Made by a program: the position numbers and the translations under genes | DNA from: Octopus sinensis | Taxonomy: Eukaryota | DNA length: 64,000 bases | Reading direction: 5' to 3' | Assembly (NCBI RefSeq): GCF_006345805.1 | Contig: NC_043004.1 | Span: 90,148,001-90,212,000 of the forward strand | Shown: positions 1 to 13,145 of the stretch, one piece after another | How positions within the stretch are numbered: position 1 is the first letter of the stretch | Layout of the letters: every line of letters begins with the position of its first letter | Notes under the pieces: model-generated | The model's input: the letters and a program-made list of their open reading frames with translations, nothing else | Databases searched by the model: none | Told to the model about the DNA's origin: nothing

Positions 1-960
1 CAAAAGTCTGGTTTGTGCAATCAGGGAGAACTTTGGAGTATTTTTCTAACCAGAACTTTAATGCCTCTATTCCGTAGTCATGTGGAATGTTAGTGTAGAG
101 GTTGATGACATTGAAGGAGACTAATAGTATTTCTTTGTTGGTGGTTTTGGTAGATGCTCTAGCATGTCCAGATTGTCTTTAATTAAATTTTTAATGTATT
201 TGAGGAAAGGTTTCAATAGTATGTCTAAAAAGTCGCTTAGGCGGTGTGTTTCACAGGCTGGGCCCACTATAATAGGCCTTAGTTTTAGGTATTCTGATGT
301 TGGGATATTTATGTTATAGACCTGGATTTGATTTGCAGGCATTAGTAATTATTTGACCCCTGTGGATTTTGGGGAGGCCATAGAAAAGGCTTGGTTTGCA
401 TTTAAAGTTTGTGATATAGTCTTTTTTTACTTTCTGTGAGGCCTTTTCCATTGTTTGAGTATTAAAGATGCATGATCTTCTAATGTTTTTTGCTGCCAAT
501 AATTTGCTACTTTTTCATAAAAGAAGTCATTTTCTAGTATGGACAATGCTAGGGTTTTATAGTATTCTGTGTCCATCAGGACAACAGCACTACTTTGTCT
601 GCTTCTTTGATTGTCAGGTCTTTGTTGTTTCTTTAGCTATAGTAGGTGCTTCCATTGTAGGTTGTTGAAGTTAGGTACAATTTTTGGTTTATAGACAGTG
701 TGGAGAAAACTCTGGATGCAGTTGCAGAAGTCATCTAGTGTTTTATTCCTTCTTTTGGGTGGTAGATACTTGTATTTTTCACTAGTCATCATTGTTGTAG
801 TTTGTTAGTGCTTCTGACAATCAAAGTTTTCTACAGAATTCTGCAATATTATCTTTAATTTCATTGAAGTTGGGTCTACATGGGGTGGATATAAATTTAA
901 ACGTTTAGCTAAAATATGGATTTTTGTTGTGGAGAGAGTTTTCTTAGATAAGTTGATTAT
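1..960 (-). mobile_element. Degenerate Penelope-like retroelement (PLE) reverse transcriptase fragment
   Basis: Frameshifted minus-strand peptides FYGLPKIH, LRPIIVGPACETHRLSDFLDILLKPFLKYIK and SFNVINLYTNIPHDYGIEA match the N-terminal motifs of PLE RT. Runs off the window start. Confidence 0.8.
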
Positions 961-1970
961 TTTGGGACACACTTGGAACATAACTTACGGGAGAAACCCT
1001 AACCCTTATGGACGTGAAACCCAGACCCCATAAATCGGTCAATCCCATAATAATATTAACTGTTCTTCATCTTAGAGTGTTCTTCTTCTTTGGATTTATG
1101 GTTTTCCACAAACGTTCCATATATATATATATATATAGATTCGATTGGGTCATGGCATAAAAAGTTTTTTCAATTTGACCCCCAATTAAGCAAAAATTCG
1201 AGAAAATTCAATATTTTACGATTTCCCTCTCTCATTTCAAGTGGTTTACTCCTGCTATTACTTCTCCTACTTTCTCTCTGCAAGTGTGCAACAATTAAAG
1301 TGAAAGTATTTATATAACAGGGATGAGCCATTAATACTGGTCATCCTTTTTGCTAGAGGAAGATCCACTATGGTCTTATATACTATATCACTGGTTTTCA
1401 ATTCATATTAATCAAATTAATATTCAATTTTTCACCCTTATTATGTGTGTGTGTGTATTAGCAATTCGCATAAAATTGCATCAATGACTTGAACTTGAAT
1501 AAGTGGTTTCACATAAATGGGGATAAATTAAAAAGGTTTGTTGTTATTATTGTTATTGTTTGACTATTGTAATCACGTTTGTTGGTTCCTCGTCAGGGAA
1601 ACGTTGTTGTGTTGCATTTGTTAAATAATTATAAACCGTAACCCTCCCCCTTTCGGAGAAGGGGCTTTGGTTATTGTTTAAAAATTGAATTGTGTCCCTG
1701 TTTGGGGAAATTGACAATATTTTCACCGTCTTTACGGAAGCATTTTTGTTAAAATGCCTTCGATAGAAGAAAGTACAAAAATGAATTTCGCTGCAGCCGT
1801 ACACTTCTATACAAGAGGGAGGACAAGATCCAATTGATCGAAATTGCAAGAGACAGGCCTACAATTGCAGTCTGTTATATATTTTGAGTATTGTTATCAC
1901 TAGCGATATCAAGATATAACTTTGTATTTTGTATTTTATGTGTAGATGTTTATATATAGATGTACATGTA

Positions 1971-2015
<45 letters not shown>

Positions 2016-2064
2016 TACAAGCATAATATATCTACCCATACACACATACACACACACATACATA

Positions 2065-2200
2065 GGGGCAGGTGTGGCTGTGTGGTAACAAACTACGTTT
2101 CAAACACATGGTCCTGGGTTCAGTCCCACTGTGTGGTGACTTGGCATGTGTCTTCTGCTGTAGCTTCAGACCAACAAAAGCCTTCTCAGTGGATTTTGTA
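2065..2200 (+). mobile_element. tRNA-derived SINE family A, 5' fragment
   Basis: Head ggcaggtgtggctgtgtggtaa...gggttcagtcccact matches the longer copies at 28127 and 46985. Confidence 0.8.
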
Positions 2201-2239
2201 CATATATCCAGGCATACATACATATATATACATGCATGT

Positions 2240-2662
2240 TCTATATTTTATAAATTACCCATATTTACTTACCCATGCTTCATTCCCCTCTTGCCTACAT
2301 AGGGCATCCATTCTCTTTTAACACAACATGAAGTTTTGTAACAGCACATCCGCTGCCGTTCGTGGAAATCGAAGAGACCCTATTCACCTGCGAACGTTTT
2401 ACACCACCTTCCACGACTATCAAATTCTTACAATTATGAGAACAAGAACATGGCTCTTTTCAAGGCAACCTCGCATTCAATTCTTACACCATTCTACGAG
2501 GGGGTAGGACCCCCTTTACACGGCTTTCTATACACTTACAAATACATTCATTCGCCATAAACTTATATCAATATTTGCCTGAATAATCATCATAATTCAG
2601 TGCCATCATTGACAATACTTTCAAGCAATTCAGCCCCGAGCATCGCCGGGCAATTCTGCTAG
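2240..2662 (+). mobile_element. Non-autonomous Helitron-like element (3' end clear, 5' end tentative)
   Basis: Subterminal hairpin cccgagcatcgccggg, then CTAG (2659-2662) and T. Possible 5' TCTATA start at 2240. Confidence 0.6.
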
Positions 2663-2990
<328 letters not shown>

Positions 2991-3054
2991 ATAAAAAACG
3001 GTAAGATAACAAAAGAAAGAAAGAGACCTCAATATTATGTAAATAGAGGAAATT

Positions 3055-3271
3055 TATCTGTAAAATAATATGTGACAATTATTCAATAGCCAAGATAAAA
3101 CTCTGAGTTTCGGATGCCGAGATGGAAATCCACAACACCATCTATTCGGTTATCTGGCCATCTGAAAAACGCCAGATAACCGAAGAGATGGTGTTGTGGA
3201 TTTCCTCCTCGGCATCCGAAACTCAGAGTTTTATCTTGGCTATTGAATAATTGTCACATATTGTTTTACAG

Positions 3272-3274
<3 letters not shown>
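3055..3274. repeat. Inverted repeat, ~104 bp arms, 12 nt loop
   Basis: 3055-3158 is the reverse complement of 3171-3274 with few mismatches. Confidence 0.95.
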
Positions 3275-3310
<36 letters not shown>

Positions 3311-3479
3311 ATATATATATGAATGTACAAACAGCTTGTTCAATTATATAAAATAGATGTTTTTTGGGGATTTTGTTTAGAAGAGAATATTGTTTTTGTT
3401 TTATTGGGTGATGTTCCATAACAATGGAGATGGATAGATAGAAATATAGGTAGGTAGATAGGCTGATAGAATGGATAGA

Positions 3480-3483
3480 TGGG

Positions 3484-3560
<77 letters not shown>

Positions 3561-3605
3561 GGATGGATGGATGGATGGATGGATGGATGGACGGACAGAT
3601 AGATA
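3480..3605. repeat. (GATA)n/(GGAT)n microsatellite
   Basis: Seen directly. Confidence 0.95.
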
Positions 3606-3825
3606 GTCAGACATATAGACAGATAGGTAGAGAGAGAGAGAGAGCGAGAGAAGGGGTATCCCTGTTCCTATTCACCATTCATTCATTAATTTATTTACTC
3701 CTTTACCATTGTATTGGAATTGGTGTAAGGATGATGACCTCTTAAAAAAAAAACAGGTGTGGTTTGGTCATCACCCCTGCTTTCTTTCTCTCTTCTCCTT
3801 TTTTCCCTCTTTCTTTCTTTTTTTT

Positions 3826-4625
3826 CTCTTTGAGTCATATTTAGAATACAAAATGTACTATCACCCCTTCCAAACATTCGTTTTTTGAGGGAATTTTTTA
3901 ATGAAGTGTAGTACATTTTAACTACATTTCATCAAAAAATTCCCTCCAAAAATGAATATTTGAAAGGGGTTGTAGTACATTTTGTATTCTAAATATAACT
4001 CAAAGAGGAGTGTGTGTGTCTGTGTATCTGAAAGGGGTGTCAATGGAAAAGAGAAGGAAGAGAGAAAGAAGAAAAATATGTTTACATCTATACAGCTGGT
4101 CAGTTCCTTCAATAGAAAGTGATGAGTTGATTGTTGGCCTTTAAAAATGGCAAAACCAGGAAGTGGGGTCATGCTTTGATAAAAGTTATTTTTCAAAAAA
4201 TTGTCTGGATTTATTATCATCTTTATCATCATTGTCCAGTGAGAGAGAGTGTGTGTGTTTGTGTGCCTGTGTATCTGAAAGAAGTGTCAATGGAAAAGAG
4301 AAGGAAAGAAAGAAGGAAGAAAAGAAGAAAAAATTGTGTTTACATCTACACATCTGTTCAGTTCTTTCAATAGATGACAAGTTGGTTAATAAAAGTTTTG
4401 CCATCCTCTATTGAAAGAACTGAACAGCTGTAAGACCCACCTGGTTTTGTCATTTTTAAAGGCCAAGAATCAACTCATCACTTTCTATTGAAAGAACTGA
4501 CCAGCTGTATAGATGTAAACACATTTTTTCTTCTTTCTCTCTTCCTTCTTTCATTCCTTCTCTTTTCCATTGACACTCCTTTCAGATACACAGACACAGA
4601 CACACATACACACACAAAAACACAC
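3826..4625. repeat. Nested inverted and direct local duplications (foldback cluster)
   Basis: Hairpin 3826-4007. 4008-4150 is mirrored at ~4437-4625 and directly repeated at ~4240-4375. Confidence 0.85.
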
Positions 4626-4892
4626 TCTCTCTCATTTTCTCCCCATTCCTCACCCTCTTTTATTATCCTATATCTCTCTCCAGCCCTACACACTCAATAA
4701 TACTATAAAAAGAGAGGAATCCCCTAAAAAATTCAAATCTGAAGAATCTACTAGAGTAGATGCAAGCGCTTATATATGATTTATAAAAACATGTGACATA
4801 TTAATAAAAATCTGTAATTGTACAAACATCCAGATTTCTGAGTACCTTATTTTTTCTAATATATAATATTTGTACATCACCTCCAAACCTAA

Positions 4893-6178
4893 TCTATATA
4901 CATAAAACTGAGAATGTGTGTCTGTCTGTGTGTTTCCCTAAAACTTGAGAACTACACAACCAATTTCATTCAAATTTTACACATGCCTTACTTAGGGTCT
5001 GGGGAGTGTCATCGGCAAAAACAATTTTTAACTTTTTGCCTAGGGTGAGCCCACTGCAATATCATATCTTCTCCACTATTTCAGTATTACGTGTTAAAAG
5101 TGAAACAAAAACATCTCTCTATTGTGTGTATATGGATGTATATATATATATACATGTACATATATAGCTGTATATGTATACATGTATTTCTATAGATATA
5201 CAAGTATGTCTAGATGTACATATATATATATAGATGTACATGTAATATGTACACATATATATACACATATATACATGCATACATATATACACCCATGCTG
5301 CATAAATTGTCAAGTAAATGAGAGGCATCTTTGCCTTCACTGATTCAGTTGCAAAGTGTTGAGTAAAGTTATTTGATTGCAGACCTCCTTTCAGTCTTTT
5401 TATCATCACTGGGCCACATATAGTCCCCAGATGGTAACATTGATTTCAAAGCCATCCCAGATGAGTGACTGGTTATTCAAAGACATTTATAGATTGTAAA
5501 TTTATTCTGTCCAGTTACGTATCAGTATAGTGGTCATTTGCAAACTCCAACTTTCATTTCTCCTTAGCCCTCACGTCACACGTTAATGTTTATTTCAGTT
5601 GGGTCACGCCCTTCCAATTGCTATACATTCGTAATGCATCTTACGGCTGTGCCTGTCACCTGGATGGTGAGGAATCCTCATTGGGAGTGGTAACAACTAA
5701 GGTACTGTAGCTGACCACTTATTGTGATCATTCGTCTTTTGCTTTCCTGTAGTTTTGCTCTCTTTTCCAAACCCAGTGAACATATATTTCCTATTTTAAA
5801 GAAATTCAAGCAATAGATAAAAAAAGTTAAAAAGATTCTCAACAATTCAACTTCTCTGGTTGACATTAAGATGCCCACCCCCAACAGGGGCCTTAACTCT
5901 CACATTTTAGAGCTCCATGACCTCCATTTTTCAGGAGCAAAATCCTTTTAACAGGTTCTATAAGACTGGAATTTTGGAATATGCACATAAAATCAGTAGT
6001 ATGGGATACATGTGGCATGATTACAATTTTTTTAGGGTGTGTAAAGAGGGAAATAACCCTCATCTGCAATTTTGATGAAATTCGAAACATAGGTATTCCA
6101 GTTCATTACAGAAAATATAACAGAAAATTCTAATTCTTCAATTGAAAGTAACCGGGCAACGCCAGGTATCTCTGCTAG
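4893..6178 (+). mobile_element. Non-autonomous Helitron
   Basis: Starts A|TCTATATACATAAAA and ends with hairpin accgggcaacgccaggt plus CTAG|T. This fits the TC...CTRR termini, AT target and lack of TSD typical of Helitrons. Confidence 0.8.
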
Positions 6179-6209
<31 letters not shown>

Positions 6210-6221
6210 TTAGACGCCATG

Positions 6222-6838
6222 ATAGATCGTTAGCCACTACACACATTTTTTTCTCTCCTTGTTTCTCTCCTTATTTTTTCTGTGTCCCTTTCTGTAGAAG
6301 AGCGTGGGCTCGAAATGTAAAAGACTTTTTCTATTCCTGAGCGTTATACTAATACATCTGTTTGTGTTGTACACCACCTGTCTTCGTCTTTTGTTTTTTT
6401 CGTAAACTCCCCCTATATTTATATATCACAGTTGGTGACGTCCTGTACCCAAATATGCATATGTATATATATATATGCATGCATACACACACACACACAT
6501 ACACACACATATATATATATACATAAATATATTATTTGTTATATATATTTATGTATATATATGTATATATATATATATATGCACATATATATACCTATAT
6601 ATATACATGTTGGATCGTTAGCTCCTACATGCATTTGGATCGTTAGCTCCAACACCCATTTTTTTTCTCTCCTTGTTTCTGTCCTTGTTTCTTTTTTGTG
6701 TATCTTTCTGTCGAAGAGCGTAGGCTCGAAACATTAAAGACTTGTTTTATTTCTATTCCTGAGTGCCATACTAATACAATTGTTTGTTTGTACTCGACCT
6801 GCCTTCGTCTTTTGTTTATTTTCGTAAACCTTCCCGTT
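6222..6838 (+). repeat. Two diverged ~200 bp direct copies (6222-6415, 6636-6838), each ending at (TA)n; PLE pseudo-LTR/retrozyme-like
   Basis: Shared gatcgttagc...ctgtNgaagagcgtRggctcgaaa...cttcgtcttttgttt...cgtaaac, including a hammerhead-like core. Confidence 0.65.
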
Positions 6839-7112
6839 ATATATATACATATATATATATATATATGTACATATATATACATATATATATTCTTATATAT
6901 ATATACACATATATACCTATATATATATATATATATATATATTCAATGAAAGAAAACAAGCTCCTCTTATAGGGATGTAAAACATCCAATTTTCACTGGT
7001 TAACTGTTCAATACCCAATATATATTTAGTAGAAAAATTTCTCCAATATAAATGGATATATATATATATATATATAATTTATATCTAAAATCTTAATAAT
7101 TAATATGTGCGT

Positions 7113-7146
7113 CTCTCTCTCTCTCTCTCTCTCTCCTCTCTCTCTC

Positions 7147-7227
<81 letters not shown>
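7113..7227. repeat. (CT)n microsatellite
   Basis: Seen directly. Confidence 0.95.
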
Positions 7228-7232
<5 letters not shown>

Positions 7233-7432
7233 GAATAACAATTTCTGAGGAAAAATATTTTTCAAATATGAAAAATGATGAAAATTTTGGTCAGGAGGTG
7301 GAAAATTAGTTTTAACAGACAAGAATTCTTTTTTAAAATTTGGAAAAGAAGTCAAATAATAATGATGATGATAATAATAATAATGAAAAAAAAAAAAAAA
7401 TAATAATAATAATAATAATAATAACAATAATA

Positions 7433-8576
7433 ATGACAGGATCTAGGATGCATCACCCAAAATCTGACATAGAAAGGCTATATATACAATGTATAGAAGG
7501 TTGTAGAGGCCTTATACAGCTGGAAAACTATTATAAAATAACCACCATAGGACTGCAAAAATACCTACTTCAGAAGCAAGGAAAACTGATACAAATAGCG
7601 GCAAAACATGAGCAAAACAAAAAACTGTTCTCCGCTGACAAATACAAACAAGAAATCATACCACCTAACAAATATGAAGAAGAAGATGAAGAAACAACAA
7701 AAGCTATAAAACAAATGAAATCCAAACTAAAACTAGAACAGCAACGGACCATGATAAAACGATGGCAAGAAAAGCCCCTTCATGGCAAATACTGGACTAA
7801 ACTAAATGCAAAAGAAATAGACAAAGAAAAATCCCAGCAATGGTTGAGAAGCTCAGGACTCAAAGCAGAAACAGAGGGATTTTTAATTGAAGCACAAGAC
7901 CAAAGCCTCCCCACCAGAAATTATCAAAAACATATAATGAAAAGAAATATAACAAGTAACTGCAGAATATGTGGAGATGGACAAGAAACAATAAATCATA
8001 TTATCTCTGGCTGCCCAGTCCTGGCTAAGAAGGAATATATTCACAGACACGACAGAGTTGGGACCTACATACACTAGAAGCTACCCTAGAAAAGGTCACA
8101 GAAAATGAGAAGGCAACCATACTCTGGGATATGCCAATACACACAGATAGAGAAATTAAGGCCAACAGACCAGATATAGTTGTCAGAGATCATGAAGAAA
8201 AAAATGCTTTCTAATTGATGTATCAATACCGGCTGATGACAACGTGTCTCTAAAAGAAATGGAGAAACTCTCAAAATACAAAGACCTGGAAATAGAGGTA
8301 ACTAGAATGTGGAATCTGAAAACAGAAATAATTCCTATCATAGTAGGTGCATTAGGCATGATAAAAAAAATATTCAGACAAATGCATAACAAAAACACCA
8401 GGACTTACAAACACATATAACATACAGAAAATTGCACTACTGGGCACTGCCCACATCCTACGCAAAACACTTTCAATACAGTAACCATCAGAGCATCACA
8501 ACAAAACACAGCACATACCCAAGGCATACAGAGCTGCGCTCACTAGTGAAGTGAAAGCACAATATAAAAAAGAACA

Positions 8577-8580
<4 letters not shown>
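7433..8580 (+). mobile_element. 5'-truncated R4/Dong-clade non-LTR retrotransposon (CCHC knuckle plus restriction-like endonuclease) inserted in (AAT)n
   Basis: Peptides KPLHGKY, GLKAETEGFLIEAQDQSLPTRNY, CRICGDGQETINHIISGC, RHDRV, NRPDIVV, LIDVSIP, KEMEKLSKYKDL, PIIVGALG. Contains a stop, a deletion and frameshifts. (AAT)n on both sides. Confidence 0.88.
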
Positions 8581-8607
<27 letters not shown>

Positions 8608-8610
<3 letters not shown>

Positions 8611-9075
8611 CTGTACCAGACAGTGACTTTCATGGCTGCTGATCTTAACTGATTGGAAGTGTTATCATGTACATTGTTTTGTCTAGGTATAAAAGATGGG
8701 CTACAGCAAATATTCTGCTCAATACTACATATTTGCTTGTCAGTTGTTTGACCTTAACCAGTTGACCATGTCCCTGAGTGGCTGACAATATGTGCATCTC
8801 TGATCACAAGCAGAAGTAGTGGGGGAGCATCATAGCCGTGTGTTGAAAGGAAATCTAAGTGGTTTGGATAATTCACTTTGGGAAACATGGGTGGTTCATT
8901 CAACATCCTTAAACAATTCTTATTCAGGGATCTTTTGAGCGGGATGGGCTACTCGACCAGAAGAAAATTCTAACTGGGCCCCACATGCAAGGTCATGTGC
9001 TGTTTATCTTGATATGAGATCACCATGTCACGCACATATGGTTGTGATGCATGCACCTGGTGTACCCTTATCTTT
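8608..9075 (+). mobile_element. Non-coding repeat next to (AAT)n; second copy at 29610-30157 in the opposite orientation
   Basis: Sequence identity with the reverse complement of 29610-30157. Confidence 0.75.
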
Positions 9076-9111
9076 TTTACTCGTGACAAAAGGATGTGTG
9101 CACTGAATCTA

Positions 9112-10103
9112 CAAGGAGTTACCCAAAAGTAACCAAAAATGTTCTCTGTGGTACAAGCCTGTTGTAGTGCAGGCTTCTATTGCTAGATGCCACATGATAC
9201 AACCCTTAGGTATCAGTATGCCAACTGGTGGCACCAAGTGATGTCATACAGTTAAGTAGTGCTTCTCTCTTGTTCATCAATTTTTGCAATGGCTAAACAA
9301 AGGAACAGCATATGTATGTGAAATTCTGTTTTCTGCTGGGAAAAATTGTGGCTGAGACAGTTGGGAGCGTAGGCTACGGGGTCACTCCGAAAAGCTCTAT
9401 CTGCGACGATTTCATCTCAATCGAAGGAGAGGGGCTTTCTCCGTCCGGGTTGCGGATCCGTGGAATATGCTGCCAGACGAGATAGTGAAAATGCCGACGA
9501 CCGCTCGATTCAAAGTCTCTCTTGACCAGAAATAGCCCGAACTCTTTGTATGAACACCCTCCCTGTACATAACTCCATGTCCTCCTACATGGCCTTGCTT
9601 TTTGAGCCAAAAAATTAACTTAACTTAAACAGCTTATAAAGTATCTGCCATGAGCAAAACACAAGTTTACAAGTGGTTTTCACACTTTAGAAATGGTTAC
9701 TTGTCACTTGAAGACCTCGTACAGGGCAATTGTTGACCTCCTGAATAAATGAAAACATCATGAAAATTCACAAACTGTTCTTGGATGACTGGGTGTCATG
9801 AATTGAAAGAACAGCTGGAAGTTGATCCGGCTCTTTTATTTTCAAAGGTCATCACTGCTGATGAAAGTTGGTCCTATGGAATTTGCAGGTGTGGAAATGG
9901 TGAAGAAAAAATGATGGCGGCCCTAAAAGGCATCACTTTGCAGAAGTTTCAGCACTGCTTTGAACAGTGGAAAATGCATCTGGATAGATGCATTTCTTCA
10001 AATGGAGAATACTTTGAAGGCAATAAAGGTCTAAATATGTAAAACTAAGAGAATAGAATAATATTGCAAAATTCTGGTTCCTTTTGGGGTACCCCCCACC
10101 TCG
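9112..10103 (+). mobile_element. Internally deleted mariner transposon (CpG-decayed copy)
   Basis: TA-flanked TIRs (caaggagttacccaaaag / cttttggggtaccccccacctcg). Transposase pieces KFCFLLGK, MSKTQVYKWF, KVITADESW, CISSNGEYFEG. Same family as 42390-43284. Confidence 0.85.
9363..9627 (+). mobile_element. CR1-type LINE 3' end inserted in the mariner
   Basis: RLRGHSEKLYLRRFHLNRRRGAFSVRVADPWNMLPDEIV...FKVSLD followed by a (TTAAC)n tail. Confidence 0.75.
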
Positions 10104-10329
10104 TATAACAAAATAAAATTATTAACTTGTAAATTATTTTTGGTAATTAACTTTTTGTAAGTACATTAATTTCTTTTTAGTGCTGGTTCATTGTAAAACA
10201 TATGAGCATGCCTACATGCAGAGCAAAGAGGGAACATTGCATGACTGCTCTCAATCACTGAATAGATAAGTAAAGTTGATATCGGTAAGAATCATTATCT
10301 CAGAATCTACAAGGGAATTATTAAATAAT

Positions 10330-11059
10330 GATAAAGATTTCAAATTTTGGGGGTTAGTCAATTACATTGACCTCTGTACTTGACTAGTACTTTATTTTAT
10401 AGAGCCAGAAAGAATGAAAGGCAAAGTGGGGTTTGGCAGGATTTTAACTCAAAATATAAAGAGCCAAAAGAAATTCCACTAGGCATCTTATCCTTTGTGC
10501 TAACAATTCTGCCAGCTTACCACTTAATAATAATCCTGTCTACTATAGGTGCAAGGCTTGAAATTTTTGGAGAGGTGGCTAGTTGATTACATCACCCCCA
10601 ATACTTGACTGGTACTTATTTTATTGACCCTGAAAGGTTGAAAGGCAAAGTCAACCTCAGTGGAATTTGAACTCAGAACATAAAGATGGACAAAATGCTG
10701 CTAAGCATTTTACTTGTCATGCTAATGATTCTGCCAGCTCACTGCCTTTCAACACTTAATGATAATAATAATAATAATGATGGCTTCAGATTTTGGCACA
10801 AGGCCAGCAATTTCAGGAAGGGAGAAAGTCAATTACATCAACCCCACTGCTCAACTGGTACTTATTTGAGCCAAAAGGATGAAAAGTAATGTTAACCCCA
10901 GCAGAATTTTAACTCAGAATGTAAAGGTAGATGAAATGCTACAAAGCATTTCCCCCAGCATATTAACAATTCTGCCAGCTTGCTACCTTAATAATAATGA
11001 TAATGATGATGATAATAATAATAATATTAATATTAATAATAATGATGATGATGATAATA

Positions 11060-11097
<38 letters not shown>

Positions 11098-11193
11098 AAT
11101 TATTATTATCATTATTATCATTATCATCATCATCATCATTATTATTAATATTATTATTATTATTATTATTATTATCATCATCATTATTATTAA

Positions 11194-11226
<33 letters not shown>

Positions 11227-11394
11227 CATTATTAAACCAGAAGGCTGCACCAGGCTCCAGTCTGATCTGGCAGTGGCTGTAGAAACACTGCCAGATCAGA
11301 CTGGAGCCTGCTGCAGCCTTCTGGCTTCCCAGATCCCCAGTCGAACCGTCCAACCCATGCTAGCATGGAGAACGGATGTTAAACGATGATGATG

Positions 11395-11430
<36 letters not shown>

Positions 11431-11990
11431 TCTAAAACAGGTAAAAAGCCATAAATTGGGTTGGGGTGTTAAGTCAATTGAATCAACCAAGTACTAGACC
11501 AGTGTATTATTTTATTGACCTTGAAAAGGTAAACGGCAAAGATGACATTGGCAGTATCTGAACTCAGAATGTAAAGTGCTGGAACACAAACCACAAAGCA
11601 TTATTGCTTGACATTCAAATGATTTTACCAAAAATAATAGTAATAATGACCGATATTGTATTTTATCTGGAATAATAAAATGCACCATCAGTCCTTGCAA
11701 TAATTGAACTTAGAATTGGAAGGAAGTGATGCAAGGCTTAAAGTACTCTACTAATTCAGCCATCCACTGCCTTCCTTATAGTAATATCTCAGATATTACT
11801 GTAAGTCACAAGGCACATATTCCAGGGAAAGGAGAGTAGTCAATTGGCGCTTTAATCTTATGAACCCCAGAAGGTAAAAAGGCAAAATTGACTTAAGTGA
11901 GATTTGAACTTAGAATATAAAGAGATATAACTAAATACTATAATAATGATAAATATTTTAAAGAATTCTTTGTTCAAATTCCAGAAACAA
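10330..11990 (-). mobile_element. Cluster of degenerate SINE family B copies with (AAT)n tails, plus a family D 3' piece (11237-11395, +)
   Basis: Repeated ttgaccctgaaagg.tgaaaggcaaagtcaac...ggaatttgaactcagaac...ctgccagctcac modules separated by AAT/GAT tracts. Confidence 0.75.
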
Positions 11991-12877
11991 TCTTGAGATA
12001 GAAATATAAACAAGTCAGTTATTTCTTTTTCTAAATATATCCATTTTTTTTTTAAATACAATTTTCCAAAACACAAAATATATTATTTGAAATGTGAGAA
12101 TTCTCAATTAGAATGCATTTAACAAATGTCTTTTTTTTTCAAAATTATTTATAATTATTATTATTATTATTATTATCATCATCATCATCATGATTATTAG
12201 ATTTAAAATGAAATTTGAAAAGTTAAGATGATTGTGATGCAAGAATTTATTATGAAAAACTTTTTATCAACAACTGTTAATTTGTAAAAAAAAAAATACA
12301 CAAAAAACTGACAAAAAATAAAATGCAAAAAATCAATTCTACAAAAATAGTGACTCTATTTAAAAATTTTGAAATTTTTTTTTTCTCAAAAGAGTGGTGA
12401 AATTTGAAAGGTTTTAGTGAATCAAAATGCAATTTTTAACTCTGTTTGTAAAAATGAGAGAAATTAAATAAATGATGGACATGAAATATATATAAAAAAT
12501 TATGACAGTTTAACAGAAGGAGACAAAAAAAAACAATGGCTTCTTAAAATAGTGATTTTTCCCCCCAAAAAAAGGGGGCAAAAAAGAAAGAAAACTTTCA
12601 AAAAATATGTAAGATTTAGGGAACATCTGAGGAATATGAAAATTTCTGTGACACATGTTTAAATTTTAGAACTGGAAAAAAAGAAAACAAAACTTATAAA
12701 ACCTTGTTTAGACTTCTTTGAATTTGTGTTCTTTGGAGGTCATTCAAGGTAAAGTAGGAATGGATTTGGGGAAAGTTTAAAATTCAAAGAATCAAATAGA
12801 ATACAATAAAAACAAATATATCATATATACATACATATTATACATATACATATGTATATCATATGTATGTATATTAT

Positions 12878-12960
<83 letters not shown>

Positions 12961-13056
12961 GTATGCATGTATATTATATGCACACATGTGATGATATAAA
13001 AGTTTCATTGTTTGTAAATTGGATTATCACTATAAACAGTTTTATCAGGGATTATC

Positions 13057-13093
<37 letters not shown>

Positions 13094-13111
13094 CAACAAC
13101 AACAATAACAA

Positions 13112-13145
<34 letters not shown>

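Noticed and set aside
975-1118. Possible hammerhead in the T-rich segment next to the first PLE
   Set aside because: The position fits an inverted pseudo-LTR ending at (TA)n, but no core motif could be parsed convincingly.
7340-8077. 245 aa ORF as a host gene
   Set aside because: It is a truncated R4/Dong retrotransposon reading frame extended by a microsatellite.
10879-11389. Poly-Ile/Asn/Asp/His ORFs and an apparent trinucleotide palindrome (also at 13060-13145)
   Set aside because: (AAT/GAT)n meeting (ATT/CAT)n, explained by opposed repeat tails and slippage.
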